64,000 bases of DNA from an uncultured Gammaproteobacteria bacterium (GTDB lineage Bacteria; Patescibacteriota; Patescibacteriia; UBA9934): positions 1,591-65,590 of the forward strand of contig CAYPWV010000004.1 in the NCBI GenBank assembly GCA_964414795.1, in the 5' to 3' direction. Under the pieces are notes generated by a model. That model worked only from the letters and a program-made list of their open reading frames with translations, was not told the origin of the DNA and did no database searches. The translations under genes were made by a program, and so were the position numbers. Shown here in pieces: positions 27,336 to 38,300 of the stretch (its first letter is position 1; each line of letters opens with the position of its first letter).

Positions 27336-29135
27336 CTAGTCGGTAACGGTGAACGTAAGTCCACAGCCGTCGGACGTGGGATCATCGGAAGCGGAGACGG
27401 TTTGCGAAACGCCGTGCCACGTTGCGGTAGCCGTTCCCTGCAACGTTCCCGCAGGATACGGGGCCAGACACGACCAGCTTGTGGTGGAGCCAACCACGAA
27501 CTCGACCGAGAACCGCAAGCTGTCGCCTTCGGCCATGCTGCGCGTATAGGTTACGCGCGTGGCGCTGGTGACGGAGGCGAGAAAGGGCACCCAGCCGGCG
27601 GGAGATCCGCCGTTTGGCGTGTACTCACCCGAAAGCGTGATGCGACTCGCCTCCACTCCACTCGGGGTTTCCCAGGTGAGCGTGAGCTCATCGCTCGTTG
27701 CTTCTTCGGCCGTGTCACTCGCCTCGATCTCTTCTTCCTCTTCGGTCGCAGTGTCATCGGTTTCTTCGATTGCGGTATCTTCCCCTTCTTCCGCAGCAGA
27801 GTCGCCCTCGTCTTCTTCTTCCTCGGACAAATCGCCCGCGGCGCTGAAGGAACCTTCATCCTCTTCCGGCCCGCCGCAGGTGGTGAGATCAGCTTCGGTG
27901 AGGCAATACGTATCCGTGCTGCAGCTCCCCTTTACGCTCACCACGCTTGCGAACTCGCTCGGATCAACTTCGAGAACCGAACGGCTCCAAAAGCCGGCGA
28001 GCAAATACGTGCCCCAGGTCTCGATGGGCATAGCGATGCCGTTGCTCATGAGATAGACGTCGCTCGCGTCCGACGGCGACACCAGGGTGCCATCGCGGTA
28101 CGTGAGCGCCGAGGTATCTTTGATGGGATAGCGGTCGATGATGTTGTCGAGGTCTGAATTCTGCGGAAGATCGCTGTAGCTTGCTGCATAAATCCCCCAT
28201 GACTGCAGCACGCCTTCCCATCCGGTCGTGCTCACCTTCTGGCGCTGATCGCTTGCGCTCTCGTTGCCAAACAGCATCCACACGCCGGTTCCGCCCTCGT
28301 CGTCGTACACGGCGGCCACCTCGGAGTCGTCGGTGATGTCGTCGCCCACGGTCAGGCACGCAAGCTCAGCGTCCGAGATAAGCGCAATATCGGCGAAACT
28401 ATAGTTCCGCGACACGAAGCTGCTTTCGGTGATGAACGTGCGTGCTGATCCCCCTTCCATGAGATACACCGCGCTGTCGCTGGGCGTTTTCACGAGGCTG
28501 CCGTCGGGATGCCAGAGCGCAACCGGCAGCGCCGAGGTGTAGGAGTGGCCGGCGGTGAGATCGCAGTTGAGGTCATCGACCGCGATGCTCTCCACGCTGG
28601 TGCCGAGCGTGCCATCGGCCGCTGAGAACTCCAGTCCCTCGATCGAGGTTCCGTAGATCCCGTCTTCCGCCGCATCGCCGTCGTGCCTGCCGATGTGCAC
28701 GTGATCACCGGTTGAGGCGCCCGTGGTTCCTTCGAACCCGATGAGCTGACCGGCCGCCACTTCGCTCTCGCTGTCGATGAAGATAGACGAGAGGTGCGCC
28801 ATGATGATGTAGGTGCCGTCACCCATGTCGATGTTCACGTGGTAGCCGAAGTTGGTGTCGGCGTCCGTATCGTGCACATACGCCACGCCGTCCACCGGTG
28901 CATAGAGCGGATCATCGGCGTCGTTGGGCGTATCGAAGTCGGCGTCGTAGCGGGTAGAAGTTCCGCTGTGAGAGTAGCTCCCGCCCGGCCCTTGGCTGCA
29001 GCGATAGCTGTCGCCCGAGGCAAACGGCAAGTTGATGGTGATGGCGTCGTAGCCACCGCCGCTGTTGCCGTTTGTGGCGTTCTGAGAGCAGCCGTTGAGC
29101 AGCATGACGAACAGCATAGAGATGAAAACGAACAT
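27336..29135 (-). CDS. Peptidase M23 (LytM/lysostaphin-like) lipoprotein with acidic linker and C-terminal beta domain
   Basis: Lipobox LLNGC (start taken at MFVFISM, 29135). M23 motifs HVNID (HxxxD) and DHVHIG (HxH). Long E/D-rich linker EEEEDEGDSAAEEGEDTAIEE. GC-rich. Confidence 0.7.
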   Translation of the reverse strand: MFVFISMLFVMLLNGCSQNATNGNSGGGYDAITINLPFASGDSYRCSQGPGGSYSHSGTSTRYDADFDTPNDADDPLYAPVDGVAYVHDTDADTNFGYHVNIDMGDGTYIIMAHLSSIFIDSESEVAAGQLIGFEGTTGASTGDHVHIGRHDGDAAEDGIYGTSIEGLEFSAADGTLGTSVESIAVDDLNCDLTAGHSYTSALPVALWHPDGSLVKTPSDSAVYLMEGGSARTFITESSFVSRNYSFADIALISDAELACLTVGDDITDDSEVAAVYDDEGGTGVWMLFGNESASDQRQKVSTTGWEGVLQSWGIYAASYSDLPQNSDLDNIIDRYPIKDTSALTYRDGTLVSPSDASDVYLMSNGIAMPIETWGTYLLAGFWSRSVLEVDPSEFASVVSVKGSCSTDTYCLTEADLTTCGGPEEDEGSFSAAGDLSEEEEDEGDSAAEEGEDTAIEETDDTATEEEEEIEASDTAEEATSDELTLTWETPSGVEASRITLSGEYTPNGGSPAGWVPFLASVTSATRVTYTRSMAEGDSLRFSVEFVVGSTTSWSCLAPYPAGTLQGTATATWHGVSQTVSASDDPTSDGCGLTFTVTD

Positions 29136-29194
29136 GGTGTGAAGTCCCCTGGAGAGTAAGTGATGATTCACTTGTATTCCCCCTTGAAAGGGAG

Positions 29195-29275
29195 TCCTTT
29201 GGAAATTCAGGGGGAAATGCAAGTGAAAGTTTGAAGTATGAAGTTGGTAGTTTGAAGTGAAAGGATGTTATTTTT
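29195..29275. repeat. Partial family-A repeat (GTTTGAAGT x3 arm + TTCCCCCT/AGGGGGAA hairpin)
   Basis: AGTGAAAGTTTGAAGTATGAAGTTGGTAGTTTGAAGTGAAAGGATG shares the GAAGT-rich arm with the full copies. Confidence 0.5.
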
Positions 29276-29621
29276 TAATAGTTTTTATAAAAGCGTTGAG
29301 CATATTCATCTCTTCATCTAACAATTGTTTTGCTTTTCCCATATCCCGTACATCAATCATTTTTATGCGTAATGCACACAGACATTGCGTCTGTAATTCC
29401 GCAAGAGAGCCTCTTGCCGTAGCGAGAAATGAAAGAAAATCTTTCTTTGTAGAACGATAACTGCCTTCCGCAATGTTGCTCGCTACGCTAATAGCAGATC
29501 TTCTCATCTGAGAAACTAATCCGAATCTTTCACTGTCAGGAAATATATTTGTAACTCTGTATATTTCCTCCACAATCTCCATGGCTTTTTGCCAAATAAG
29601 TAACTTGGTATGACTAAACAT
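29268..29621 (-). CDS. Four-helix-bundle protein (TIGR02436-like)
   Basis: LLIWQKAMEIVEEIYRVTNIFPDSERFGLVSQMRRSAISVASNIAEGSYRSTKKDFLSFLATARGSLAELQTQ matches the family signature. Start taken at MFSHTKLL. Confidence 0.65.
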   Translation of the reverse strand: MFSHTKLLIWQKAMEIVEEIYRVTNIFPDSERFGLVSQMRRSAISVASNIAEGSYRSTKKDFLSFLATARGSLAELQTQCLCALRIKMIDVRDMGKAKQLLDEEMNMLNAFIKTIKK

Positions 29622-30100
29622 AGAAAACCTTCCATTCACTTCAAACTTATCACTTCCCCACTTCACACTCTCACATATTGCCCGGGGCAAGGACTCCCCT
29701 CCTTACCCCTTTAGGACTTAGATATCAACGACTGCTGGCCCAGCTGACGTTTTGTGTACGCAGTGATTGTCCACGAACACAGTGCGATCAGGTGCGCGAG
29801 CACGGGGTGATACAGACGTAACCGAACGTTCCTTGGAAAGATTCGTCTGTGCGAATTCCTCGGTCGTTCTGTATCTATCTCACCACAAAAAAAGAGGTGT
29901 TCAGGACGTGTGCACTAAAAAAAGCATCTTTTTCCAACATTTCCCAAAGAAAATAAAACATCTTGATACACTGTCAGAAAACACTGCACACTTTCTTCTC
30001 CAACGCGCGATAAAAAGCTCCTCGCTGTTCTGCACCTTCTTACACAAAAGAAAAAGTTGTCAGCCGTGCACAAACTGTGGATAAGTGGTGAAAAATAGCC

Positions 30101-30135
30101 TCGTCATTCCGGACTTGATCCGGAATCCATCGCAT
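30101..30135. repeat. REP-like palindromic repeat, family B (single copy)
   Basis: TCGTCATTCCGGACTTGATCCGGAATCCATCGCAT. The same consensus occurs at 45.5, 50.3 and 62.7 kb. Confidence 0.65.
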
Positions 30136-30151
30136 TTCAAAAAATATCGAA

Positions 30152-30186
30152 CTAAAAAAGCTCGAAACATCGTTCGAGCTTTTTTT
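30152..30186. terminator. Perfect hairpin AGCTCGAAC-ATCG-TTCGAGCT with A-run/T-run (bidirectional terminator)
   Basis: Seen directly. Confidence 0.55.
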
Positions 30187-30196
30187 CGTATCGTTT

Positions 30197-30499
30197 CTAT
30201 TCGAGCGTTACGTGTGCATGATTTGCCAACTGAAAGATGTACGATTCTAGACGTTGGTATTTCGCGCGAAGAGAAACAAATTCGAGATCGAGTGTTTTAT
30301 GTAAAACGACAAACCCATCTATGTGGGTAATAAGATCACTCTTCAGTGTCTCTACTTCTTGCTTGGTAGCAAAACGTTCGAGATCTTTCTTGGTTGCAAA
30401 ATCTCGCAATTCCTCTTTTAGTTCCTTTTTGGTCACCATGTTATCGCGCATGAAGTGCACGATGTCGAGAATGTCCTGAAGCATGTGTTCTTGGCTCAT
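30197..30499 (-). CDS. Hypothetical small helical protein (100 aa)
   Basis: ORF only; charged coiled-coil-like (KKELKEELRDFATKKDLERFATKQEVETLKSDL). Confidence 0.35.
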   Translation of the reverse strand: MSQEHMLQDILDIVHFMRDNMVTKKELKEELRDFATKKDLERFATKQEVETLKSDLITHIDGFVVLHKTLDLEFVSLRAKYQRLESYIFQLANHAHVTLE

Positions 30500-30726
30500 A
30501 AAAAAACGTTATTGTTTATAAATACTGAAGCCAAGATCTTGAAAATATAAAAAGCTTCGAGGGATGTTCTTACTATAGAAAAGAGCACGACGTGCGTCAA
30601 CTTTCTTTTCTTCACTACATAACATTGACAAGCAAAAATTTTCTTGCAAAGCTCCATATGATGCTTATTTTGGCATTAACGACTCCCCACAAGGGAGCCG
30701 TGTATTTTTTTTAACAATATCTATGT

Positions 30727-31125
30727 ATGCATATAAAATCTTTTGACAATTGGAATCTTCATAAAAAGAATCTTGATGTGCGAGAAAATCTCTTTCTTTT
30801 TCATGAGGGTGAAATTTGGTGGAGCGCGGTAGGTGTCAATATCGGTGATGAGTCTTGTGGAAAAGGTGAAACATTTCGAAGGCCAGTACTTATTTTGAAA
30901 AAGTTGTCACAAAAAAGCTTTATTGGCATTCCTCTTTCAACAAAGAGAAAAGCGGGATCTTGGTTTACAGAAATACGTATCCATAACGAAATACAAACTG
31001 TACTTCTCTATCAAATTCGCATGTTCAGCACACGAAGATTTCAACGAAGACTTACAACATTAGATTATGCTGATTTTCTTCACATAAAAAATAAGCTTGA
31101 GAACTTGCTCAAGCTTACTTCTTGA
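30727..31125 (+). CDS. MazF/PemK-like mRNA interferase toxin; no adjacent antitoxin seen
   Basis: HEGEIWWSAVGVNIGDESCGKGETFRRPVLILKK...IGIPLSTKRK resembles the MazF/EndoA core (G.E..G.RPVLV ... T). Confidence 0.45.
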   Translation: MHIKSFDNWNLHKKNLDVRENLFLFHEGEIWWSAVGVNIGDESCGKGETFRRPVLILKKLSQKSFIGIPLSTKRKAGSWFTEIRIHNEIQTVLLYQIRMFSTRRFQRRLTTLDYADFLHIKNKLENLLKLTS

Positions 31126-31375
31126 AATAATCACCAGAGCCAAGGCTCTGGATCGGTGGGAAAACCCAAAAGTAGATAAAATATATAGAATGCCATTTTG
31201 CATGTCAAATTTCCCCACTTTTCCCCTCCTTCTTGTAAAAACCTCAAATTTTTGCTATATTTACTTTTGTCAGGTGCTTTTTTAAGCACGGTTTAAACAG
31301 TTTTTCTCAGCTAGAATGCTCGGCAAACCGGGGCAAAAATCGTGTTCTCTCACCACAGTTCCCGCGAGGTGCTCC

Positions 31376-32143
31376 ATGCGAAACGCACTCTTCCTCATAG
31401 TCCTCATGGGCTGCGGGGACTGCCACGGATGTGGCGGTAACTCCGGCGAAACCGGCGACTCGGGCGGCAACAAGGACACCAACCCGACGGTGACGGTCGG
31501 CACTGCCACCCTCACCTACACCGTTTCGGTGCTGGGTGAGGAGGCGGGAGACGCTGCAGTGAACGTGGAGTGCGAGGCCCAGGATTTCGTCTCGACTCGC
31601 TCCGGCGAGACGACCACGGTCGAGGCGCCGAGCTCCTGTCTGGTCACGGCGGGTGACGAGGAGTACACCGACGAGTTCGGGTACCCGATCTACGCTATCG
31701 AGGTCGACGAAGACACGGTTGAGTACTGGGCCGCTCCACCGGTCAGCCTCACCGTGGAGCCCGACCAGACGGTCACCGGCGATTTCTCAGCCTTCAAACT
31801 CTTCGTCCCGGGCAACTATTCGTGCGAGTACGACAAGTACGCGCTCGACGAGGGGGCCGATGAGATGAAGGGCGAGTGGATGCGGAATGAGTCCGTTGAC
31901 ACGCAATTCATCTCCGTAGACCAGAATGGAATCGTGGAGGCGGAAGACAACGCCAACATGAGCGTCATCGGTCGAGACGACGACCACATGAAGATTCAGG
32001 GTGCCAACCTGACCCTGGTCTCTGACAGCGAAAATCCTTCCTACATTTCTCAGTCGAATATCGACATCGAAACGTTCAGCTTGACGGTGGTCAACACCGA
32101 AAGCAAATACGTCGCGGATGTCCGGTGCGGCCTTGACGAGTAG
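31376..32143 (+). CDS. Predicted lipoprotein, acidic Thr/Asp/Glu-rich, in GC-rich islet
   Basis: Start taken at MRNALFLIVLMGCGDC (lipobox LMGC). GC-rich composition unlike its neighbours. Confidence 0.45.
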   Translation: MRNALFLIVLMGCGDCHGCGGNSGETGDSGGNKDTNPTVTVGTATLTYTVSVLGEEAGDAAVNVECEAQDFVSTRSGETTTVEAPSSCLVTAGDEEYTDEFGYPIYAIEVDEDTVEYWAAPPVSLTVEPDQTVTGDFSAFKLFVPGNYSCEYDKYALDEGADEMKGEWMRNESVDTQFISVDQNGIVEAEDNANMSVIGRDDDHMKIQGANLTLVSDSENPSYISQSNIDIETFSLTVVNTESKYVADVRCGLDE

Positions 32144-32332
32144 GGGGATCGCGTGGCCCTCGGACCTGCAGCAGTGCAGTGTTCCGGGGGTCGTTCTTTT
32201 TTTAGCTTGACGGGAGATCCTTCGGTCGACGTAGCACTCCCTCGCCCTTCGCCGGAGGCTTCGGAGCGACAGGTCAGGATGACACACGAAAGCAAACGAA
32301 TCGCAAAAGCAGCTCGGATGAGCTGCTTTTGT

Positions 32333-35300
32333 TTATGGGGTAACAATAATTACTCCGCTATATTCGACCCAAGGATCAATATCTGAATTATCATCAGGAT
32401 AAATTGCGTACGAACACTCGCTATAAGTTTCATCAGATGCCGATTGTATATCATTACCAACCCCCGCAAAGCATCCTGATCGGCCGTCTTCATCGGCGAT
32501 GTTGCCGTCTTCGCACGTGCCCGTACACCAGCCCCAGTTATCGCGGATGTGGATGCGGGGTTTGAAGACGCAGGCGTCGGGGACGTCGTCGCCGGATTGA
32601 TCTACCCAGCAGGGGAAGGAATCGTAATCGTCATCGCCGTCGGCGGGGCTGTCGGAGCAGGCGGCAGAAGAATCGCGCAAGATTTCGGACGAACACGTGT
32701 AGATGTGATTGTACGTGAAGTAATACGGATCACAGCTTTCATCCGTGAGTCCCCACTCGGTTTCTAAGTCACATTTTGAATTTTGCGTGCCTTCTTGCAA
32801 GCCGCGGGCGTTTTTGAAGAAGTTATCATCGGCGTCGGATCCGGTGAAGGAACCGCCATCCACATCATCTCCCCAATCCACCATTACCCTACGAATAGGC
32901 AGCTGATTTTTATCTGCAGCTGCGTAGAATTTGATGGTAGCATTGAAGAACTGAACTCCGGATTGGTCACCCGTGTCTTGGCTGTTGAGCGTAATAGCCT
33001 CTTCTGTTCCCTCTTCACATAACACGCCGTCGTCAGAACAAGACCCTACATCAACCGACCACACTTGCGGAGCAGTTCCCTCTGCGGGACGAACATCGTA
33101 TGTCGTGTACGCATCTGCATCATCAGCACCGTAGCGATCGGCAGAAAGACCTGCGCTTCCCCATGCAGCATTCCAAGAATAAAGTGTGTCGTGGATGCCA
33201 ATATCTGCCGCAGCAAAGAGTTGGTTAACTCTACTAAAAACCGAAGCTGTTGCACCACTTGTAGGACTTACTGACCAAACCTCATCAACCGAGAAGCCCA
33301 CCTTATACAGCTTTAACGTAAAGTCGATGAATGAACGTGCGAGTGCCGTTGCAGGAGCCGTGAAGTTTTCGTATGCATCCGGCGCGTATTCGATGAAGTC
33401 ACCATCGCAAGAATTGAGATTGTCGGTACCATTAGGTGGTACCAAATTTCCATCACCATCCTCACATGCCGCAACTTGGAGCGGCGTTTCTGAGGCATCG
33501 CGGGTTCCTGGATTGGTGGTGATGAATCCAAACGGCGTAGGAACGGTATCGGCAGAGTATTCCATGTTGGGATAATCTGCGTCATTGATATTCGTGAATG
33601 TGGAGTTTGGATTAAGAATACGGTCCGTAAACGCGTATCCTGCGTAATTCGTTGCATCACTTACCTGGAGCACATTTTTACAAGACACATTCTCAAAGCT
33701 GGTATCTTCCTGGAAATGAAGATAGCGATAATTTCCATAAGAATCTCCTGCGTAATCTCCGGAATCGATATTGAAGACATTTGCCGCGAGTTCATCGGTG
33801 TATTCAACACCTTGCGCACGACAACTCTTGAGCGCTGTTGCCATATTGTCGAATTGCGCGAAACCATCGGCAGCAGCATCATCGCCATCACTTGGTTGAC
33901 GCCCTACCGCAAAGGAATTTTCAGGAAGAACACTCTCATAGTCGAAAGCTGAACTATATGCTTCAAGCATTGCCTCGGTGTATGCACCATCTGGGTCACA
34001 CGAACCTCCATCAGCATATGCACCCAGAGGAATGCAGACGTACGGGCAGTCATTTACTTCGAGTGAGGAATCACCTGTACATGCATCTGCCATATGGCCC
34101 AAACCATCCTCCCAAGCTGCTTGACCAAGCAACGTCCAGTATCCGTCAGGACATACGGCATTGTCTCCACACGCACTTATCGTTTCACTTGTATATGACT
34201 TACCGCGAGTAAGATCGCCGTCCCAATCGCTCTCCGCACATGCAATGTCGTTGTTATCATAAGAACCCGTATCCTCGGGAACGTTGCTCGTTCCCAAATC
34301 CACGTAAAAGTCGGAGTTTACACATGCGTAGGTGTCTTCAAAGTAGCCGGCTCCCGTGTATTTTGCTTGCAGATCGGTGTCTCCGGCCAATTCATCAACG
34401 GGCAACCATGAAATACATGCTTTCTTATTGCGATCGCCAAGAATGTTTGTTGACGTATCTTTCTCTAAACAGAAACCGTTGAGGCCGTACATCACATCTT
34501 CACGCGTGGTTTTTGCGCATGTTCCGCCTTCACCGCACTGTTCATTTTCTGTGCAGTAGCCACCTTCCCGATCACCGCTTTCACACAATCCCAACTGACC
34601 GTTTACATCAACACAGGTATCCGATGAACAGTTTGCATCTATAGTACAAATCGTTCCCGCATCAGCATAGGTTTCGAGATCTCCTCCGCAAACGGAGAAG
34701 TCTGCATCCCAGTCTTTGCCGTACACGCGAGAGTCTTGACCGTCACCAAACGTTACCTTGGTGTACGAACAATCGCAATCCTCACCATACGCACAGGTGG
34801 TGGTATTTTCAAAGCCAGAAAGCAGGCTGTACGGTAATGCATCGCCCTGCGGATCGCTTTCAACGGATCCTGGGTTTGCGGGCTCGTACCAACTTTCCAC
34901 CACTTCGTTGGGGAATGGACTATTGCTTTCGGGATATGCACGACAAATCTTTCCTTCGGTGGTGCCGTCGGTGTAGGTTTCACCGTTTGGTGTAAGCAAA
35001 CACTGACTATTTACGCACGAACCCAACTTCATTGCGGCATCGGCAACAAATGTTTCGCTTGAATCGCACGTGGTTGCATCCCCGGTCGCAGAATCATAAT
35101 CCTCAATTTCAACATCATCGCCCACATCTGCACATGCACCGCCGTAACACGTTTGTCCTTCGCTGCAATCTGCTGCGGTTTGACATGCGGTGCTGCTCAC
35201 GTCGTAACACGAACCCACAATACATGCGCCGTCTGAACACTGGTCGCTCGTTGCACATGCAGCGCCATTTTCTTCGCAGTATCCTACCGAGCACGACTCT

Positions 35301-38300
35301 CCTTCATCTTCTGAGCACGTACCCGCATTCAAGACAAGAGCGTAATCTTTTGCCTCAACGATTCCCGCAGCAACGGCGTCATCCGGCGACAAACACGTTC
35401 CTGCACCCGCAGGACCGCATCCTGCGTCCACATCATCACAGGTGCCTCGAAGATCTCCGTTGAAGTCACAATAGCCGATAGGACTTACATCAGCCTGAGT
35501 GAGCGCCTGAACTGGGAAAAGATTAGGGATCGCCATGCCCGAGTATTCATTGCCGTACCACGATGTATCGCGACTTGCATACCAATCCGTATCATAAATT
35601 ACTTCGGGTTTTTCAAAATCCCAATCGGAACAGAAAGAAGATCCTGTTGTTGCATCGTAATCTTTGCACAGTGCAATATCGCCACACGTGGTTACAAAGC
35701 TTGCGGTTGTGGCATCCCACTGCGTATTGGTACTTGAACATGAAAGCCATTCTGAGCAGGAACGATCGCGGTTTACTTTAAGCACGCTGTTCGTGTCGTT
35801 TTCCTGACGCGGCACGCTTGAGAATCCTGTTTCTGCAGAACCGCTTCTCCACTCACTGAATGCTCCTCCAAAAGAGGCTGTCGCAGAAAATGGGTCAACA
35901 CGCACCTGCGTTGCACAAGAAATTGCTTCAATATTTGCGCCGGATTCGCTTTGCACGAGCGGACAATCGGTAGCGTCGTAACACGAGCCACCGAACGTGT
36001 AGAGATCATCGCGATCGTAGTCGCGCGAACTAGTACGTTCGTCGGTAAGTTTTTCTTTGTATGTTGCTCCGTCGCTTAAATCGTACACTTCGCCGTAATC
36101 GTACACGCAGCGCGTTGCACATAAGTCGATCGTGTCTCCGCTTGCCGTGGTGATAGTAGTGTCTCCTGCGTTCTCGCAATCGATAGGGTCAACAAGACCA
36201 TACGCCTCTGTGCCAAAGAGGGTATCCGCATGACGACTTGCTACTTCGGTTGCCGATGCATTTGCCGAGAGCGACGTATCGCCGGTGTCGTAGAACATGG
36301 CGCAGCCGTTTTTGAGGGAAACTTGTCCATCACACTTTTGGCTATCTGAGAGACCGTACTCGCTTAGGCTGTCGTTATTGAGGTAGAAGTAGGATGTACC
36401 GTCGGTTGCGCCGTAGAGCTCGCCATCGTCTTGCGCAAGTTTATCTTGGAATTCGGTACATGTGTCGTACGTTGCTGAACACGTACCTGCCCAGCCCGTA
36501 AATCCATCATCGCCATTATTCCAAATACCCGATTCCGTTCCTCCAATAACGTACGAAGGATTTTCTGCGTTACACGTTTCATCTGATGCGCAGTCTGCGT
36601 TGCTTCCACAGGCATCTCCTTCGTTGCCAAGGGTATCTTCACATGTTCCGTAACAGAAATCATCGGTTTCGGTGCGGAACCAGCCGGTGTATGCCGTGCC
36701 GTCAACCGTCACATCGGTACGATATTCGCACGTTTGGTTGAGCGGATGTTTAAAGTAGAACGTTTCTGCTTCATTTGTAGTAAATGCATCACAGAAAAGC
36801 TCATCGTGCGCACAGAGAATATCGTCGTACGTATCCGGAAGATTCATGAGGTACACGCTGTCGGCTCCCTCGGTGCTGTTGCGATCTTGACTCCACTCCG
36901 GATCACCCAGTTCCATACATCCCGCAACGTCGTCATCACACGTTACCGCATCGTTTACCACAAGGAACATGTCTTGATCTGCCGGCACCACGGTTGTTTC
37001 TGGGCCGTAGGAAACCGCCGTATTATCCATGTCCCATGCAGGAGTAAAGCCGTCTTGCGTAAACAAGCATGACGACTCTCCTGCGGAAATCGTACATAAG
37101 TACGCTGAATCGGTATCAAATGAAGTATCACTAAAGGTAAAGTAATAACATGCGGTTGCCGACGTTGCGATGTCGGGCAAACCGTCGCCATCTATATCGA
37201 GGTTGTTACACGTTGCGTGGTAGGTTTTTGCAGACGTGCTTTCGCTTTCTTGCGTTTTAAAGAATGCCGCACACCCCACCTTATCTTCATCGCACAACGA
37301 ACTAAAGCTCTTCAAATACGCAGTATCCCCTTCTTGCGTGGTGTACTCCTGGCAACCAAGGTAATACTGCGGGCTTGTTTCTCCAGTGAGCGACTGATCG
37401 CATGACGCAGGTGTAACCCAAGAATCGCGAATGACATTGAGGCTTTCTTCTCCTTCGCGGAGCACCACATTGTCCACGTACGCCGAACCCGTAGGAATAA
37501 GCACGAGTGTTGTGCCGTCACCAAAATCGGGATACGTATCCGCATCCATAATGAGCGGGCCGAGATTAAGCACTTGCCAACCGTCATCAAGCTCAACCGC
37601 ATCATCAAAAGCAATGTCGATTTCTGGCGCAGCAGGATCGGCATTGAAGTCAAAACCAAGTTGCAGCGTTCCGGTTCCCTTTGCAACCACGCTTACCGTG
37701 TAGGTTTTTCCTGCAAAAAGTTCGTTATCAAGCGTTCCGCAGTACGTACTTTCTTCTGAGATGGTGCATTCGCCACCAAAGCTCCGCGATGTGCCATCGC
37801 AGCCCGACGCATCGGTACATGCAGATCCGTTATCGACAATGAATGACGTAACCGGACCGGTAAGCAGCATGGAATGACCGTCTGCCGCAAGCGATTCGTT
37901 ACTGTACGTTGCATCCGATGCCGACTCTGCATCCCAAGAATTCAACGTTCCGTCTTCAAAAAGATCTTCAAATACCAAGCGACTGTTGCGGCTTCTGCCT
38001 CCTGCATACGCACGACAGCCATTTGCAGCTTCTTCGCACGACGTGCTTTCTTCGCTGTATCCGTAGTAGCGGCACTCACCCGAATCTGAAACATAGTAAC
38101 CGCCTGAATCTTCACACGTTGCCTCCTGATCTGCGGCAGTATCACCTGCGATTGTGGTTTTGCGATATGCCTGACATGCATCATTTACCGTAACGGTTTG
38201 TTGCCAGTTTCGGTAATGAATATTGCCGTTTTCATCATAGAATTCGCGACAATCGGGGTTGGTGAAAATGTCTGCACGCGCGTTGCAATCCTCACTATCC

